NCBI GenBank assembly: GCA_000091205.1
Contig: AP006489.2
Reading direction: 5' to 3' (one strand)
DNA length: 64,000 nt
Origin: Cyanidioschyzon merolae
Taxonomy: Eukaryota
The position numbers and the translations under genes were made by a program. The notes below the pieces were generated by a model. It worked only from the letters and a program-made list of their open reading frames with translations, was not told the DNA's origin and did no database searches. Below are positions 1 to 11,718 of the stretch, piece by piece (within the stretch, counting starts at the first letter, position 1; every line of letters begins with the position of its first letter).

Positions 1-2618
1 CGTTGTGAAACCCTGAGCTGAGCCGAGCAACAAGACTCGTTCTCAATCGTGCATGGTAGCTTACGGGACAGTCTTTGTGGCGGGCGTGGATCCCTGTATG
101 AAGAACGCCGTAGCTTCCGCCGTGCCCCTAAATTGAAAGGACGCATGCAAACAGCTGTGCGGCAATCAGATGGAGCAACTCAGCTTCTCCGGGGCTCGGC
201 ATTATCGCGAGCCGGGCATGGTCGACTCAACGAGGCGTACCGGCACGCGGAATGACGGCTTCAGGGCCCATCCCGACGTTCTGCGCGCCGGATTGACCAG
301 AAACGGATCCCCCGTGCGCTTGATTCAGAGAGTGCCTGAGTGTCCAAATGTCGTATACGAACGAACATTGGCCGGGTACTTGAAACAGCGCTGGGGTCGC
401 CAACATCTACCGATTTGTATATGCAGGAATCGTGAGAATATACTAGTTCAGTGAGTTAGAAAAGTAAATGGCCGACAAGTCGCGTGGTTTTGTGTTAGTC
501 TATGGCGCTGGAGGTGCTGGGGCGCGTGCGGGCTGCTCTCCCTCTCCTTCGACGGGAGCGTACAACGCGTGCAGGAACCGATTAGTACGATTTACATCGA
601 TGCGCTTTGGACGGCATAGATCCATCACGTGCGAAGGCGTAGGCTGCAGCATCTGGAGAAGGCGAGATTGAAACAGAGTCGGATGCCACGAGATCTTGGG
701 CGGCAAGCTGACCGAACGTCGCATTGCGAGGCAATCGAAAGTGAGAAGCTCGTCATAGTGTGATATCGCCAGCAACAGTGCACGGAAGCACGTTCTCCGC
801 CGAGCCGGACGGGCCAATCAACAACCCGAAATGTTTGCTGGTCCTGGAGCGTACAGCGAGCTTGTGTCGAGCGAGCTTTGGTGGGAGTATTGCAGTGCCC
901 GTTGTGGGCATCGTGCTGAAATGGCGAGGACTTGCGATAGACCCAATTCAGTGGCCAAGAGGGGCGGCGCTGAAATCCCGCCTGGAGCAGGGCACTTGCA
1001 TGGCATGGTTCAGAGTCCGGGAAAGCTGGAGAGGCATATGGATACACTAGGAATGGTTTTCCTGGGTCGTTGGTGAAGGGTAATCGTGTTCTATTTTTTG
1101 TGATATTTCTGATTGTATTATATTTCAACCAGGCGCTTGCGACTCGACAACTTACATAATCCTTTCGGTTCCCTGATAATGATTTAGAAAAAAATTTTTT
1201 GAGCCTTTTTGCAGCCCAGAAGATCGAAAAAGTGCTGCGTGCTCCAATCCACGGGATTCGTCCGAGCCTGGCAGAAGCATTGAACGGTATGAAACTTGCT
1301 CGCTTATCAGTAAAAACTTCTATACGGTCTCTCTGGGTGTGAGGAATTTTTTCTTTTGTTCGTTAGTGTGATGCTTTGCATGGTGTTTCGCCTTCAGCAC
1401 TTGGGAAGTGAGCTATGGTCGGGAACAGCGTTCGCAGCATCAGAATGAAACCGCGAATTCATTTAGTAATATTCTCTGCCACGTAGCTGTTCGTCAGGCG
1501 TTGCGAAAATAGGTCACCGGTGGAATTTGTGAATGTTGCATTTTCCGAGATGATTTTAGTCGCCGAATACAGCAGCCACTTGAAGACCTCATGACCCAAG
1601 GGTGTTAGAATCGATATCTTCAAGCAAGAAATTTACGCGCATGGTTTTTGCAGCGACTCTGTCTGCGTTTACCTTCCTGGTCGGATATTCCCGCTGGGAC
1701 TCTATCTATCATGAAGTGGTGCCTCTTGCATATTCTCAAGCCAAAGGGAAGGGGAGCATGTGAATAGTGGTGGTGCTTGGAATATGTTCAAGATTTCATC
1801 AGGTATTTTCCAGTGAACCCAGGTCACAGGGCCCACTATCTCATTTGCATACGGCCAGTTATCCTGGAAACACTCCGCCGCAGTTTCAATTTACAGGGTC
1901 CATGATTTGATCTATAGACTGCGAAAGCTCTGTGGCAACTTAAGCGAAGCACAACAAAACTCGGGAACCTAGTTATCGCTTATCTAATGAATTGACCACG
2001 ACGCGTCGCATGGACATCAAAGTTTGTTGCCTTCTGCAAAATGGAGCACTTGCTAAAGAGCTCCTGCAGCAATTGATACTCGGAAAGGTGAACAAAAACG
2101 CTGTGCGCTCCGCGCATCATAACTCGAGTTGCTAGGAAATGCGCATCTCAGCTGTTTACAATAGCATCACCGTATAGTTCGCTGAATCTATATTTCACTC
2201 ATCTTGGGATGAGAACAGCAGCCCCTTTCCTCAATTGTCGAGAGGCTAGGTCGGCAGATGTCGCCTGACAATTTCAAAATTACATGGTCTCAGAAATGAA
2301 CTGATATACCTTCCAGCAGTGCAACAGAGCCTTATCGGAGACTTCAAATCAAAGCGCACGCACAAGTGTGAGCACCTCTGCTTGGGTGCTCAGCTCGACA
2401 GGGCACCTTTGCGGTAGAGAGAGACTCAGCGCTGGCTGCAGTAAGAGCGAAAGCGTTCGGGATATATTACAGAACAAGACCTTCGCCCGGGCCTTCCGAT
2501 TTATTGCAAAGAAGATGGTCATGTTTTCGGGCTTACAACCATGTGCTGATTTCATTTGCAATTCAAAATCGTTGCACATGAAGAAGAGAGGTAAATGCGT
2601 TCATAAAGTTGATATCCA

Positions 2619-3902
2619 ATGGATACTAAGCGCGTTAGCGATCAAAAGACAATGTCGTTCGAATTTTGCACTCAACTTACGATGTATGTTTCGAACCGCA
2701 GTACAGCGCCGCGCCCCTTTAGATTGCACACCGTTTCAGATCATATGCCGCTTTCTTTAAAGGCAACGGACTTGGCCACCCGGGCGTGGACTCATCTCAG
2801 CAGAAATAAACTGCGAAGATCAGTAATTAAAGCGACTTCGGACCAGCCTTCACGCCCGCCTTGGAAACACCTGCAACGGATCTTGCTCAGCACTCAACTC
2901 GCTTCCTTCGGAGCAGACTCCTTCGTGTGCGTGCCTGAGGTTTATGAGTACTTGTTCCAAAGACTATCGATTAGTGATTCCTGGATGGTCGTCTGCAAGA
3001 CGCTTTTCGTTATCCACTACATCCTGAGGGAGGGAAACCAACGGCTAGCAGAGTTACTGCTTAGCGACTCGGCCACTTGTTTTACGTCTGCTGAACGACT
3101 TATCGGGCCTGACTTCGTGTATGCACAGTTCGTACGAAAATATGCCATTTATCTGAGGGAAAAGGTAATCGCCTACCAAGCGATGCGAGTCGTTTTTGAA
3201 CATCCAGGGACTCGCAAGGCAGTGAGCTCTGGAGCCCCAGTGCGAGTCGTGACACCGAGAGAGTGCGCCTCAGGACCCATAATACTGGGCTCGGCGAGTG
3301 GTGAACTCAGGAGGGCTCCACCCCAACAAGCAACAAATTATTCTACCCAGCCGGCTGAGAGTGCTCAAATGGCGGCAGTTGCCTCTATTCCAGGTGCAAG
3401 TATTGAGAGCCTTGCTCTCGTCGACGCCATTAGAGTCCTGCCGATTCTTCTCGATCAGCTGGACGCTCTTGTTGCTGTGCGCCTTGCAGACGGCTCGCGA
3501 CTCAACGATCTAACTTGCGCTGTTTCAGAACTCTTACTAGAAGAATTGGGCGGGCTCATTCCAGAAGTTAATCGAGGCATGAATCGAGTTCTAGAAAGTT
3601 TTCATGCTCTGGGGACTCATCACGCCATATTTTGCCTGCATATCTACGATCGTTACTGTAGCTGCGTACGAAGTACTGAAGATTTTCTTTCGATGCAGTT
3701 TGGGACGCACGTTTTCCTACCCAGAGGTCGGACGCCGCTGCTTGATCACGTGCCTCTGGATTTGAGTGCAAGTCTCCGAGAGCATATCCTTCGTAAGGGT
3801 CTAGAAAGAACCTCTGGAATATCCTCTGATAAAGAACGAGCAAAAGAAGAGGAGCTGATTCGAAAGGCCATCGAGGAATCCATACGGGCAACCATGCGTT
3901 AA
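2619..3902 (+). CDS. ANTH/ENTH-domain clathrin assembly protein (AP180/CALM-like)
   Basis: The N-terminal region 'VIKATSDQPSRPPWKHLQRIL...WMVVCKTLFVIHYILREGNQRLAELLLSD...FVRKYAIYLREKVIAYQAM' is collinear with the ANTH domain of AP180/PICALM ('[21 protein letters not shown]...VFKALVTTHHLMVHGNERF...FIRRYSRYLNEKA'). The true start is probably the in-frame ATG at 2745 (MPLSLKATDL). No introns are evident. Confidence 0.6.
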   Translation: MDTKRVSDQKTMSFEFCTQLTMYVSNRSTAPRPFRLHTVSDHMPLSLKATDLATRAWTHLSRNKLRRSVIKATSDQPSRPPWKHLQRILLSTQLASFGADSFVCVPEVYEYLFQRLSISDSWMVVCKTLFVIHYILREGNQRLAELLLSDSATCFTSAERLIGPDFVYAQFVRKYAIYLREKVIAYQAMRVVFEHPGTRKAVSSGAPVRVVTPRECASGPIILGSASGELRRAPPQQATNYSTQPAESAQMAAVASIPGASIESLALVDAIRVLPILLDQLDALVAVRLADGSRLNDLTCAVSELLLEELGGLIPEVNRGMNRVLESFHALGTHHAIFCLHIYDRYCSCVRSTEDFLSMQFGTHVFLPRGRTPLLDHVPLDLSASLREHILRKGLERTSGISSDKERAKEEELIRKAIEESIRATMR

Positions 3903-5399
3903 ATTACGAAGTACTCGGTGCGAGTTCGATTTCGCGCCCGCTCTGATGCGATTTTGCGGATGTTGTTCAGAGGCATCATTTCCGACCCGATTCTGCACAA
4001 GTCGCTTTACGAAATTCCCGGCAGAAAACTCGCATACGTCCCATCCAAAATGACAGATTATGTCGAGTTTGATCATGCAGACTCGTCGGTAAGCTGTTCC
4101 TACGTTTACGAGAAGGCACTTCAATCCGTGTCGCCAAACCTCTGCTGGCATGCCTGACCGCTTTAGACGAGAGATCGAACCAACTCTAGTGCTAGCTTAT
4201 ATGTATACTTGCCGATTCAACTGCTTCTTCTGCAGTTTCTGCTTCCGCTTTATTGACTCGCTGTTTAGATAGGCACCATATCTAGGCCGAAGCGAACATA
4301 CTCCTCCGAACAGCGTTCAGTAAACTTTTGATACCCTGTACAGCATGTTTCCGGCCTGGGCGTATGCAATTGCTCGTTGTTTTGCGATTTCGGCACCGGA
4401 ACAAGAACGACCCTGAAGTTGTCACTTCATCTAGGTTCTACTCGTGCGGGTTCGTTACAGAGCCAAACAGGCCATTCCCCAATATTCATAAGCACGAAAG
4501 CTGCATCAATCAAGCAACTGTTCCATCAGAATGGTCCCAGATTACCACACGCACGGAGCATGCGGAAACGCTGCACTCTCGGAAGTGACATGCGCTCAAA
4601 CCATGGCCAGAGCACTAAGCGGAGTGCCGCGCCTCAGATACGGGAGCACAGGACACTTCGGGCGTTTTACAGCAATCAAGGCCTGCGCCTATCGGGCAAC
4701 CCTAATAGCCTCGAGAGCATAAAGCAATATATAGCGAATACAAACACATGGTTCGCCTCTTCAACGTGCGAGTACGGAGACTTTCTGAATAGGTACTGCG
4801 TTCAAGGGAACCTAGATATGGTGAGCGCCGTGCGAGGTGACATGTTTCGCTGCGGTTTCCAGTGTTGCCCGCTGGAGACCTCGTCCCGTGTTCACAGTAT
4901 GCACGTCGTCTAACTCAACAGTTCGTTTCGCACACAAGTCATTGCAAGGCCGCTGAAGAAGGTCTCTGTCCGCCGGCGAACCACCTGTTCACAATTACTT
5001 CTCGGCACCTACGTGGGACTCAACGTTGCGGGTTCTTTCGCTTTCCAGATGCAAGCCATTAGTTCTTGCCTCTTGCCCGTAAACGGGTTGCAGACTGTCA
5101 GGACGCTCTGCCGATAGCTCGCCCACTGACACTCACGTCAGACTCAAAAGTGGTCCCCTAACTCGAGCTTCCACAAAAAAGTTTGAGTCTCTTCAAACTG
5201 ACAACAGCAGATTTGCGGACTTTTCCTGTTACTGATTCCTTTCGATCTCTTGTATCCGAATTTCGATACCTCAGTCTCTCCTTTCTCTCCACAACCATTG
5301 CCATCAGTCGCAGGTTGTTGGTGGTAGCAATAAGTCCCTATTTCGTTATGTGTGGCTGCAGGTGATACGCTTTTGAGCACAAGCGACAAGTGCTATCAA

Positions 5400-6160
5400 C
5401 ACTGCGCTTTCGATTCGCATCTGATCTATGCACAGCCTCATTGTCGCCTCTTGCAACAATGGCACCCGACTGCAGTCAGGCGTTCCCATGTGCGATCACA
5501 CTTCCTCCGGACGCCGCTCTATCGCCCGTGAAAACTAGCTTCATCGCTCGGACTAAACCGTTGGTGGATATCGAGGTTCCCCTCGATGCCGTCCATCATT
5601 TTCGCGTCCAGTGCCGTACCCTACGACCATGGGCTTCTTTGCGATCTTCTCGTCGAATACTCTGTCGGCTCCAGAAACATGAGCACGCTGTTTTATTGGA
5701 TGGAGGATTTTGGAACGCGACGTTTTACATGATGAAAGGAGTACTCGAAGGGATGTACAGACTCAAGAACACGTCGAGAAATTTCGATCCGTCCATGCTC
5801 CCGTCTTGCAAATGGTGATGAACTTTCCACTGGACATGATCTCCAAGATCACTGAAGTCCGAGTTCAAAAAACTTTTTGAATTAAACAATAGAGAAGGGA
5901 ACTCTGGGAGCGTACCCAGTGAAAGCTACTACGTTCCTGTCGAACGCCATTACGTAGCTGGCCACAAAGACACGTGTGTTGAGATTTCGAGGGGAGGCGG
6001 TAATTTTTCGTTACAATTTCAGAGCGCTTTCGGCAGGAGCCCATGAAGAAGTCGCCAAGGGAATACGTCCAGTTATTTTCCTCGTCAATCAAATAGCACG
6101 AATTGCAGTGCGCACGAGTTGAAATGATTCTGAAAGATCGAAAACTTGAAGAACTCTTGA
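5400..6160 (+). repeat. Dispersed repeat family, copy A (core ~5626-6160)
   Basis: Nucleotide similarity to 29380-30190, 46930-47870 and 52900-53850. Shared blocks include 'GGGCTTCTT(C)TG...', 'GGAT(T)TTGGAACGCGA...ATGATGAAAGG', 'TTCCTCGTCAATC...CGAATTGCA' and 'GAAAGATCGAAAACTTGAAGAA'. ORFs across the copies carry the recurring peptide motif L(W/E)NA..SMMK. Confidence 0.6.
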
Positions 6161-6480
6161 GATGAGCGCAACCCATTTATGCAAACAAGAAGAATGGAGG
6201 CTCTCGTATATAAATTCGATAATGGTATCGGTTATTCTAAGAAGCCGTATTCGAGGAAGTCGAGAATCATCTTGATTCCGGCGATCTGGCGAATTCCTGC
6301 GGCAAAGGCTGGAAGGAAGCACCCCACAAAGACTCCCGAGAATCTTTGACTGCATATATATCCATACGCTCTTAGGGCTGCACATCAGACGCTGATGTCG
6401 TCCAACTAAAAAATTGGAAAAATCTACGGGCCGGGACACACAGAGCGATTCAGTGTTCCACTGAAATCTGAGACGGAGCT

Positions 6481-8955
6481 ATGAACGCCAGTTCGGATTT
6501 CCGCTCGGGATGCTATGACAAATCACCACTGGCGACGCGTCTCGGCCCGAAACGTGATTACGCGCTTTGCTTCGCGATTCACAATATTTCCGCTCTACCA
6601 ATGGAGAACGGTGTCTTTTTTGTGTCGCCGAACTTCCTTGGTAAATATCCAGGGGGATTCCGAAAATGCTGTAGCAGCTCTGCAAAACGTAAGGAATGCA
6701 CTTCTTCAATAAAGCTAAAGCGCCGGGTTTGGTGTTTATCGTTGCAGTTTGATGAGAGCAGTCCAACTGTTGGTCCGCTACAGGACAGGCGCTTCGATGC
6801 GCGTACAGCAAGCCGCACGCTTAAGGTAACGCGAAAAATAGCAGAGCTTGTGCGTGAACAGAGACGTACAGTGGAGTCTGCATCGAATCCTGAGCTTGTG
6901 GAAGATGCAGCCGACACAGAGATCAATCTTTCTCTGCTGTTTGAAAGCGATCGTGAGAGGGGTTCAGATCCTGCGCGCGTGCTGGAAGCATTCCGAATGC
7001 TTTCCAAGCAGCCTAGCCGGCTTGCGAGACTGAATGGTTCGCAGCCGGCTTCTGTAGATAGCACTTTTCCGAAGTTCGACCAGCGCACTGAAGTGCCTGC
7101 AGCACAGCACGGACCAACTGTCGATGCCAGAGGTTATTTGTTGCTGCAACGCAGCCTTCCAGTTGAATATGAGTCGCCGATGGGTTTTCAGAAAAAGCGT
7201 GGACTCTCTACAAGGCCGCTTGAATGGACGCCGCAGCCTTTCCTTCGCTCGCTCGACATTTGGGACTTTGCTGCTCAGTTTTGGTTGACAACACAGCTTG
7301 CGAAATGGCGTTGGACCTACGGAATAGTTGGATCCCGAGAGGAACTCGAGGCGAAGCGAAAAGAGCGACGCCGAGCGATCGCCGCCTGGGTGCGCGAGGA
7401 GCTGATTCGGTTAGGACCGACTTTTATTAAGGCAGGCCAGTTATTCAGTGCACGCTCAGATCTCTTCCCAGCGGAGGTGGTTGATGAGCTCTCAAAATTG
7501 CAGGATAGCGTTCCACCATTCCCGGCGGAAGTCGCGAAGAAAATTATCCTTACAGAGCTCGGGATCAAGTCTGGAAACATTGGAGAAATATTCTCCTACT
7601 TCGAGGACGAGCCAATAGCAGCAGCTTCCCTGGGTCAGGTTCATCTTGCTCGCTTGCGGTCGACTGGAGAATACGTCGTTGTGAAAGTTCAGCGACGCCA
7701 GCTGCGAGAACTGTTTGATATTGATCTGCGCTTGCTCAAGTCACTCGCGGATTTTGCGCAACGATCGTCTCAGCTCGGAGGTCCTACGAGAGATTGGCCG
7801 GGAATATTTGAAGAGTGCAAAAATGTATTGTTACGCGAAATCGACTACATTGAAGAAGGTCGCTCTGCGGACCGTTTCAGAGAAAATTTCAGAAATATTG
7901 AATGGGTACGTGTTCCAAAAGTTTTTTGGGAGTACACAACGCAGCGCGTGCTCGTGCAGCAGTATCTGCCCGGAATCAAAATTAGCAATGTAGCGGAGTT
8001 CCAGGCCATGGGCTATAACCTCCCTCGAATCGCAAAAAGGGTCGCAGAAGCATATCTCTTTCAAATTCTCGGTAGCGGATTCTTCCATGCAGATCCTCAT
8101 CCCGGAAATTTGGCCGTTGCGCCCGGCGAGGTGCTGATTTACTATGATTTCGGCATGATGGGTACATTGCCCTCGAATATCAAGGAGCGCATTGTCATGC
8201 TCCTGGCGGCGGTTGTGGATAAGGATGCGGACACTGTGATGAAGCTTCTGATCGAACTGGGGGCGCTTGTTCCGCCCCGAGATCCGACACCAGTTCGAAG
8301 AACTATCCAGTTCTTTTTGAACTCCCTCGGGAGTCGCCCTGTGCGCAGCCAGACAGTGCAAGCGATTGGTGAGGATCTGTATTCACTCGCATACGACCGG
8401 CCGTTTCGTTTGCCGGCAACTTTCACTTTCGTGCTGCGAGCTTTCACAACGCTCGAGGGCCTTTGCAAAGCACTTGATCCGGGCTTTGCTTTTGGACAAA
8501 TCGCCCAGCCATATGGTTTCGCTCTTCTGCGACGTCGCAGTCAGGCTCAGAGCCTCCGGCGCTGGCTGAATGACAAGACAATTCGCAACATTGTGAGCCT
8601 CCCAAATCGACTGGAGCAACTGGAAAATTCGATGCAAAGAATTCAGAATGGAGATATCGTCGTTCGCTCGCGAAACACAGAACTGGAGAGATTATTAAGA
8701 AGGCAGAGTGCCGCGATGGAGACGAACCGGACGACAATCATTGCAGCAGCTCTGGCAGTCGGAGCTGCCACAGTGGATACCAACATAGCTCTGCCATATC
8801 TTGGAGATATCAACGTATCCTTGATTCTCGGCGCGCTAGCTGCCCTCTTTGCAGTGAACGCAACGCGATCCTACATAAGTCGGGTTCGACAGGAAGAGCG
8901 CTGGGATCGCTTCTTGAGCGGTGATTCTGGGTCGGATAACAATGCGCCCCAGTAA
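6481..8955 (+). CDS. ABC1/ADCK (UbiB-family) atypical protein kinase with C-terminal membrane anchor
   Basis: Diagnostic ABC1 motifs are present: 'LGPTFIKAGQLFSARSDLFP', 'AAASLGQVHLARL', 'HADPHPGNLAV', 'IYYDFGMMG'. The 824-aa continuous ORF starts at an ATG. The C-terminus has a hydrophobic segment (IIAAALAVGAATV...LILGALAALFAV). Confidence 0.85.
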   Translation: MNASSDFRSGCYDKSPLATRLGPKRDYALCFAIHNISALPMENGVFFVSPNFLGKYPGGFRKCCSSSAKRKECTSSIKLKRRVWCLSLQFDESSPTVGPLQDRRFDARTASRTLKVTRKIAELVREQRRTVESASNPELVEDAADTEINLSLLFESDRERGSDPARVLEAFRMLSKQPSRLARLNGSQPASVDSTFPKFDQRTEVPAAQHGPTVDARGYLLLQRSLPVEYESPMGFQKKRGLSTRPLEWTPQPFLRSLDIWDFAAQFWLTTQLAKWRWTYGIVGSREELEAKRKERRRAIAAWVREELIRLGPTFIKAGQLFSARSDLFPAEVVDELSKLQDSVPPFPAEVAKKIILTELGIKSGNIGEIFSYFEDEPIAAASLGQVHLARLRSTGEYVVVKVQRRQLRELFDIDLRLLKSLADFAQRSSQLGGPTRDWPGIFEECKNVLLREIDYIEEGRSADRFRENFRNIEWVRVPKVFWEYTTQRVLVQQYLPGIKISNVAEFQAMGYNLPRIAKRVAEAYLFQILGSGFFHADPHPGNLAVAPGEVLIYYDFGMMGTLPSNIKERIVMLLAAVVDKDADTVMKLLIELGALVPPRDPTPVRRTIQFFLNSLGSRPVRSQTVQAIGEDLYSLAYDRPFRLPATFTFVLRAFTTLEGLCKALDPGFAFGQIAQPYGFALLRRRSQAQSLRRWLNDKTIRNIVSLPNRLEQLENSMQRIQNGDIVVRSRNTELERLLRRQSAAMETNRTTIIAAALAVGAATVDTNIALPYLGDINVSLILGALAALFAVNATRSYISRVRQEERWDRFLSGDSGSDNNAPQ

Positions 8956-9020
8956 AATAATGGAATAGTATCTTTACTATGAAAAGGTACATCCGCGAGC
9001 GGGATGCATCGAGCTAGGAA

Positions 9021-10553
9021 CTACGCAGCTTCCTCTTCACCGACGCGTACAGCGCAGGACTGCTGGACTTGCAAGAGTGTCTCGATCCCCCGAATCCGAT
9101 AGCCAACAGCGAGGGCCCACAGGATAAGGTGCGCCAGATACTCCCGGCTACTGACGATAGTCACAGAGACGCCCTTGTAGTGGGGAATGCCGCTGGACTC
9201 TTTGTCGGATGTTTCGTTACTCTTTCCAAAGAGAGTTGTAAGAATGCGGTTCCGTACAATATTCTCGCCTCCGGAAAACAGACCTCCCACCACATCCCCG
9301 CCGAGCTTTCCAACTACGGACCGTACAAGTTCATGCATTGTTTCCGTGACTTCACCCCGCAGATCAGATTGGAGCGCAACTAGTCGCTCCACTCCGATCT
9401 GACGCATATAATCGAGGAGCATGATGCGATCCGTCAGATATAGGCCGAGGCGGCTCTCCAGCATCTCGATATACTCTTCCGCAGACATTTCGCGGCCGTG
9501 GATGAGCACCTTCCCGCCGACTACCTTGCGCTCTTTTTCAATCCGATCTTTCGAGCCATTATCGGCTTTCTTTTCCGACCGTTCGGATGAGGAGTTTTCG
9601 GCAGGCTTTAAGCCCATCGTCCACGAGAAAATGTCAAATTTCTCATCCATGCGCATTCGGACTTCTGCGGCATGGTACATGTAACCAGTCATCATGCTGG
9701 AGAGGAGAAGCTTCGAAAAGGCTTCCCGATTCGTCGTAATTTGGATTTCGAACCCTTCCTGAGGTAGCGTGCCCAATATGCCGAGAGCTGTTCGCTTGAA
9801 GGCTTCCTTCGTATCTTCAGGGACGTCCTTTGAGATACCATCAACGTCATTCAAATTCTCCAAGTCCTCGTAAACGCGCACGTACTCCAGGAGGCTCGTT
9901 ATTTTGCGACCTGCCGCAGCCTCAGTCCGGACCAGTCGTTTCGCGTTGTCCACAATCTGACGAAGTGCCCACTTGAGCGTTTCCTCGTCACCATCAAAGA
10001 CAAAATTGTTATCATCATTGTCGTCCTCATCGTCCCCTTTATCCTCCGCCCGGTTTCTGTTCTCCTCGCGTTCATCGTCGTTGTCTTTAGGCCCCTGGCC
10101 GGAACTCCCCTGAGGCGGTTGCAAATTCGCCGCCAAGCGAAATCGTTCAGTTTTCGGCCCTACTGGGCAGGGCAGCGCACACCTGTTAGAGCCCCCTTCT
10201 TCTTCGAAACCATTCAAGCACTCACGCTGGTGCCTGTGTGCTTGCGCGAAAACCCGCTGACCCAGCCACGTGCTTCCCTGGTGCGGCAGTGTGTCCTGCG
10301 CCGCCGAGCAAGCAGCGCGGCTGCGAGCAGCGGCAAACGAGGACTTTCCGGTACCGTACGAGCTGGTACACGCTGAACATCGAATTCCAAAGAAGCGCGG
10401 CAAACCTGGAACTACGAAGGCGTCTCGCATTTTACTGCCTTGCGGCGTCGCTCCACAGAGTACGTAGTCCAACGCTAATCGAAGTACGCAAGAGGTGATG
10501 AGCGTAGGATGTCCACATGCGTTCTGAATCGCGCGAGCACATCCATGGGCCAT
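9021..10553 (-). CDS. DUF760-domain protein with Ser/Ala-rich N-terminal (possible transit peptide) and acidic linker
   Basis: 'LLSSMMTGYMYHAAEVRMRMDEKF' and the surrounding region match the DUF760 consensus (..MMTGY.lRNAE.R..L). The second half repeats the fold. The N-terminal ~40 aa of the listed ORF may be read-through, and the true start may be the internal Met (MRDAFVVPGL...). Confidence 0.5.
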   Translation of the reverse strand: MAHGCARAIQNACGHPTLITSCVLRLALDYVLCGATPQGSKMRDAFVVPGLPRFFGIRCSACTSSYGTGKSSFAAARSRAACSAAQDTLPHQGSTWLGQRVFAQAHRHQRECLNGFEEEGGSNRCALPCPVGPKTERFRLAANLQPPQGSSGQGPKDNDDEREENRNRAEDKGDDEDDNDDNNFVFDGDEETLKWALRQIVDNAKRLVRTEAAAGRKITSLLEYVRVYEDLENLNDVDGISKDVPEDTKEAFKRTALGILGTLPQEGFEIQITTNREAFSKLLLSSMMTGYMYHAAEVRMRMDEKFDIFSWTMGLKPAENSSSERSEKKADNGSKDRIEKERKVVGGKVLIHGREMSAEEYIEMLESRLGLYLTDRIMLLDYMRQIGVERLVALQSDLRGEVTETMHELVRSVVGKLGGDVVGGLFSGGENIVRNRILTTLFGKSNETSDKESSGIPHYKGVSVTIVSSREYLAHLILWALAVGYRIRGIETLLQVQQSCAVRVGEEEAA

Positions 10554-11718
10554 ATATTTACATTTATGTATATTTCTTAGACTTCAGGACTGTCTGGCGA
10601 GCACCGTGGGGCGAAAACGCTGCACGCCCATGGGATAAATTGATATAGACGTGCAAACGCCTCCCGGCTGCCTTCGACCAGCACTCTGCAATGAGCTCCA
10701 GATTCTCCGTGTAAACCTCGAACCTGAGAGGCTGCTCTACAAAGTTAGATCGCGTCAGCTCTCATGATCTCGTCTTCAGCACTGGGCATATCCTAAAAAA
10801 GCTGGCAGCGTTAAAGTATCGGTTCAGGAACTGAAAGCGTTTGTTGCTTCTGGTGGTACGCACCAATGCATCGATTCCTCGAACTCGAGCGCTCTGTCCG
10901 AGTACAATCTCCTCTAGGCAGACTTTCGTTCTTCTTCCTCGTCTTCGTCACTTGCTCTTATTTGCTCGACGATCACCGAGAAGAGGCTTTTTTCCGTTTT
11001 TTCTATGGCACTCGGCTATAACCGCCGTCCAGGTTCCGCGATTTATAGGTCCATATCTTTCCCTTGGATTTTTCATTTCTTCAAATGAAAGAACTTCGGA
11101 GACGTCTGCTATGCACCGCGACAAAACAATTGATTAAACGCATCTCGGGGTGAAACACAATTGACGTAAAAGACTGCAAAATGCGTGAAAAACTGCCAGA
11201 GGATGCGAAATTGACGCTCGAACGCTGCCATCAGCGTCCTTTGAGAGGTGACTACAGAATTGGAAGGAAAGGGAAAACCGTCGTATTGAACGCGGGCGAT
11301 ACGCTAGCAGAAAAGGAAAGCATCAGAAAAATCCCGGAGAGGCTGATGTAGACTACAGAGGGAAGAGACCCAAACTTTAGTACTTGCCTAAGATATGTTG
11401 TTGGACCTGTTCTACATTATACTCACGTGGATGTAGAAAAGCCACGGAAATAGTGTTTATCTGTCGTGAGCAAGTGCGCCTCGGCCGTTTTGCTGTGCAG
11501 CGCAATGCTCGCAAGCTAAGAAGGTCGGGAGCACGCATTTACACGGTTGTACAAGAGTTATGTCGCATCCAGGGGCCTGAGCAGTGCACTACAACGGGCG
11601 AGTGGGCAACTTTTTCTGATGCCACAGCGCCGTAAGGTTCATAGAGCGCTTTGGTGCAAGACCTCTGCAGATGAAGCTCACAGCCGCGCATACGAGAGAT
11701 TTTCTTCAGTGCTGATCA

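Noticed and set aside
1-2600. 2.6-kb stretch with no long ORF at the window start
   Set aside because: It holds only short, compositionally random ORFs and an AT-richer tract (1081-1340). It could be intergenic, or the UTR or intron of a gene outside the window. Nothing is supportable from the sequence alone.
6579-7088. 169-aa minus-strand ORF inside the ADCK gene. The same applies to 26018..26785 and 25995..26813 inside the LRR gene, 7831..8361, 48254..48934 and 59770..60285
   Set aside because: These are antisense or overlapping frames within well-supported genes. They have no conserved motifs.
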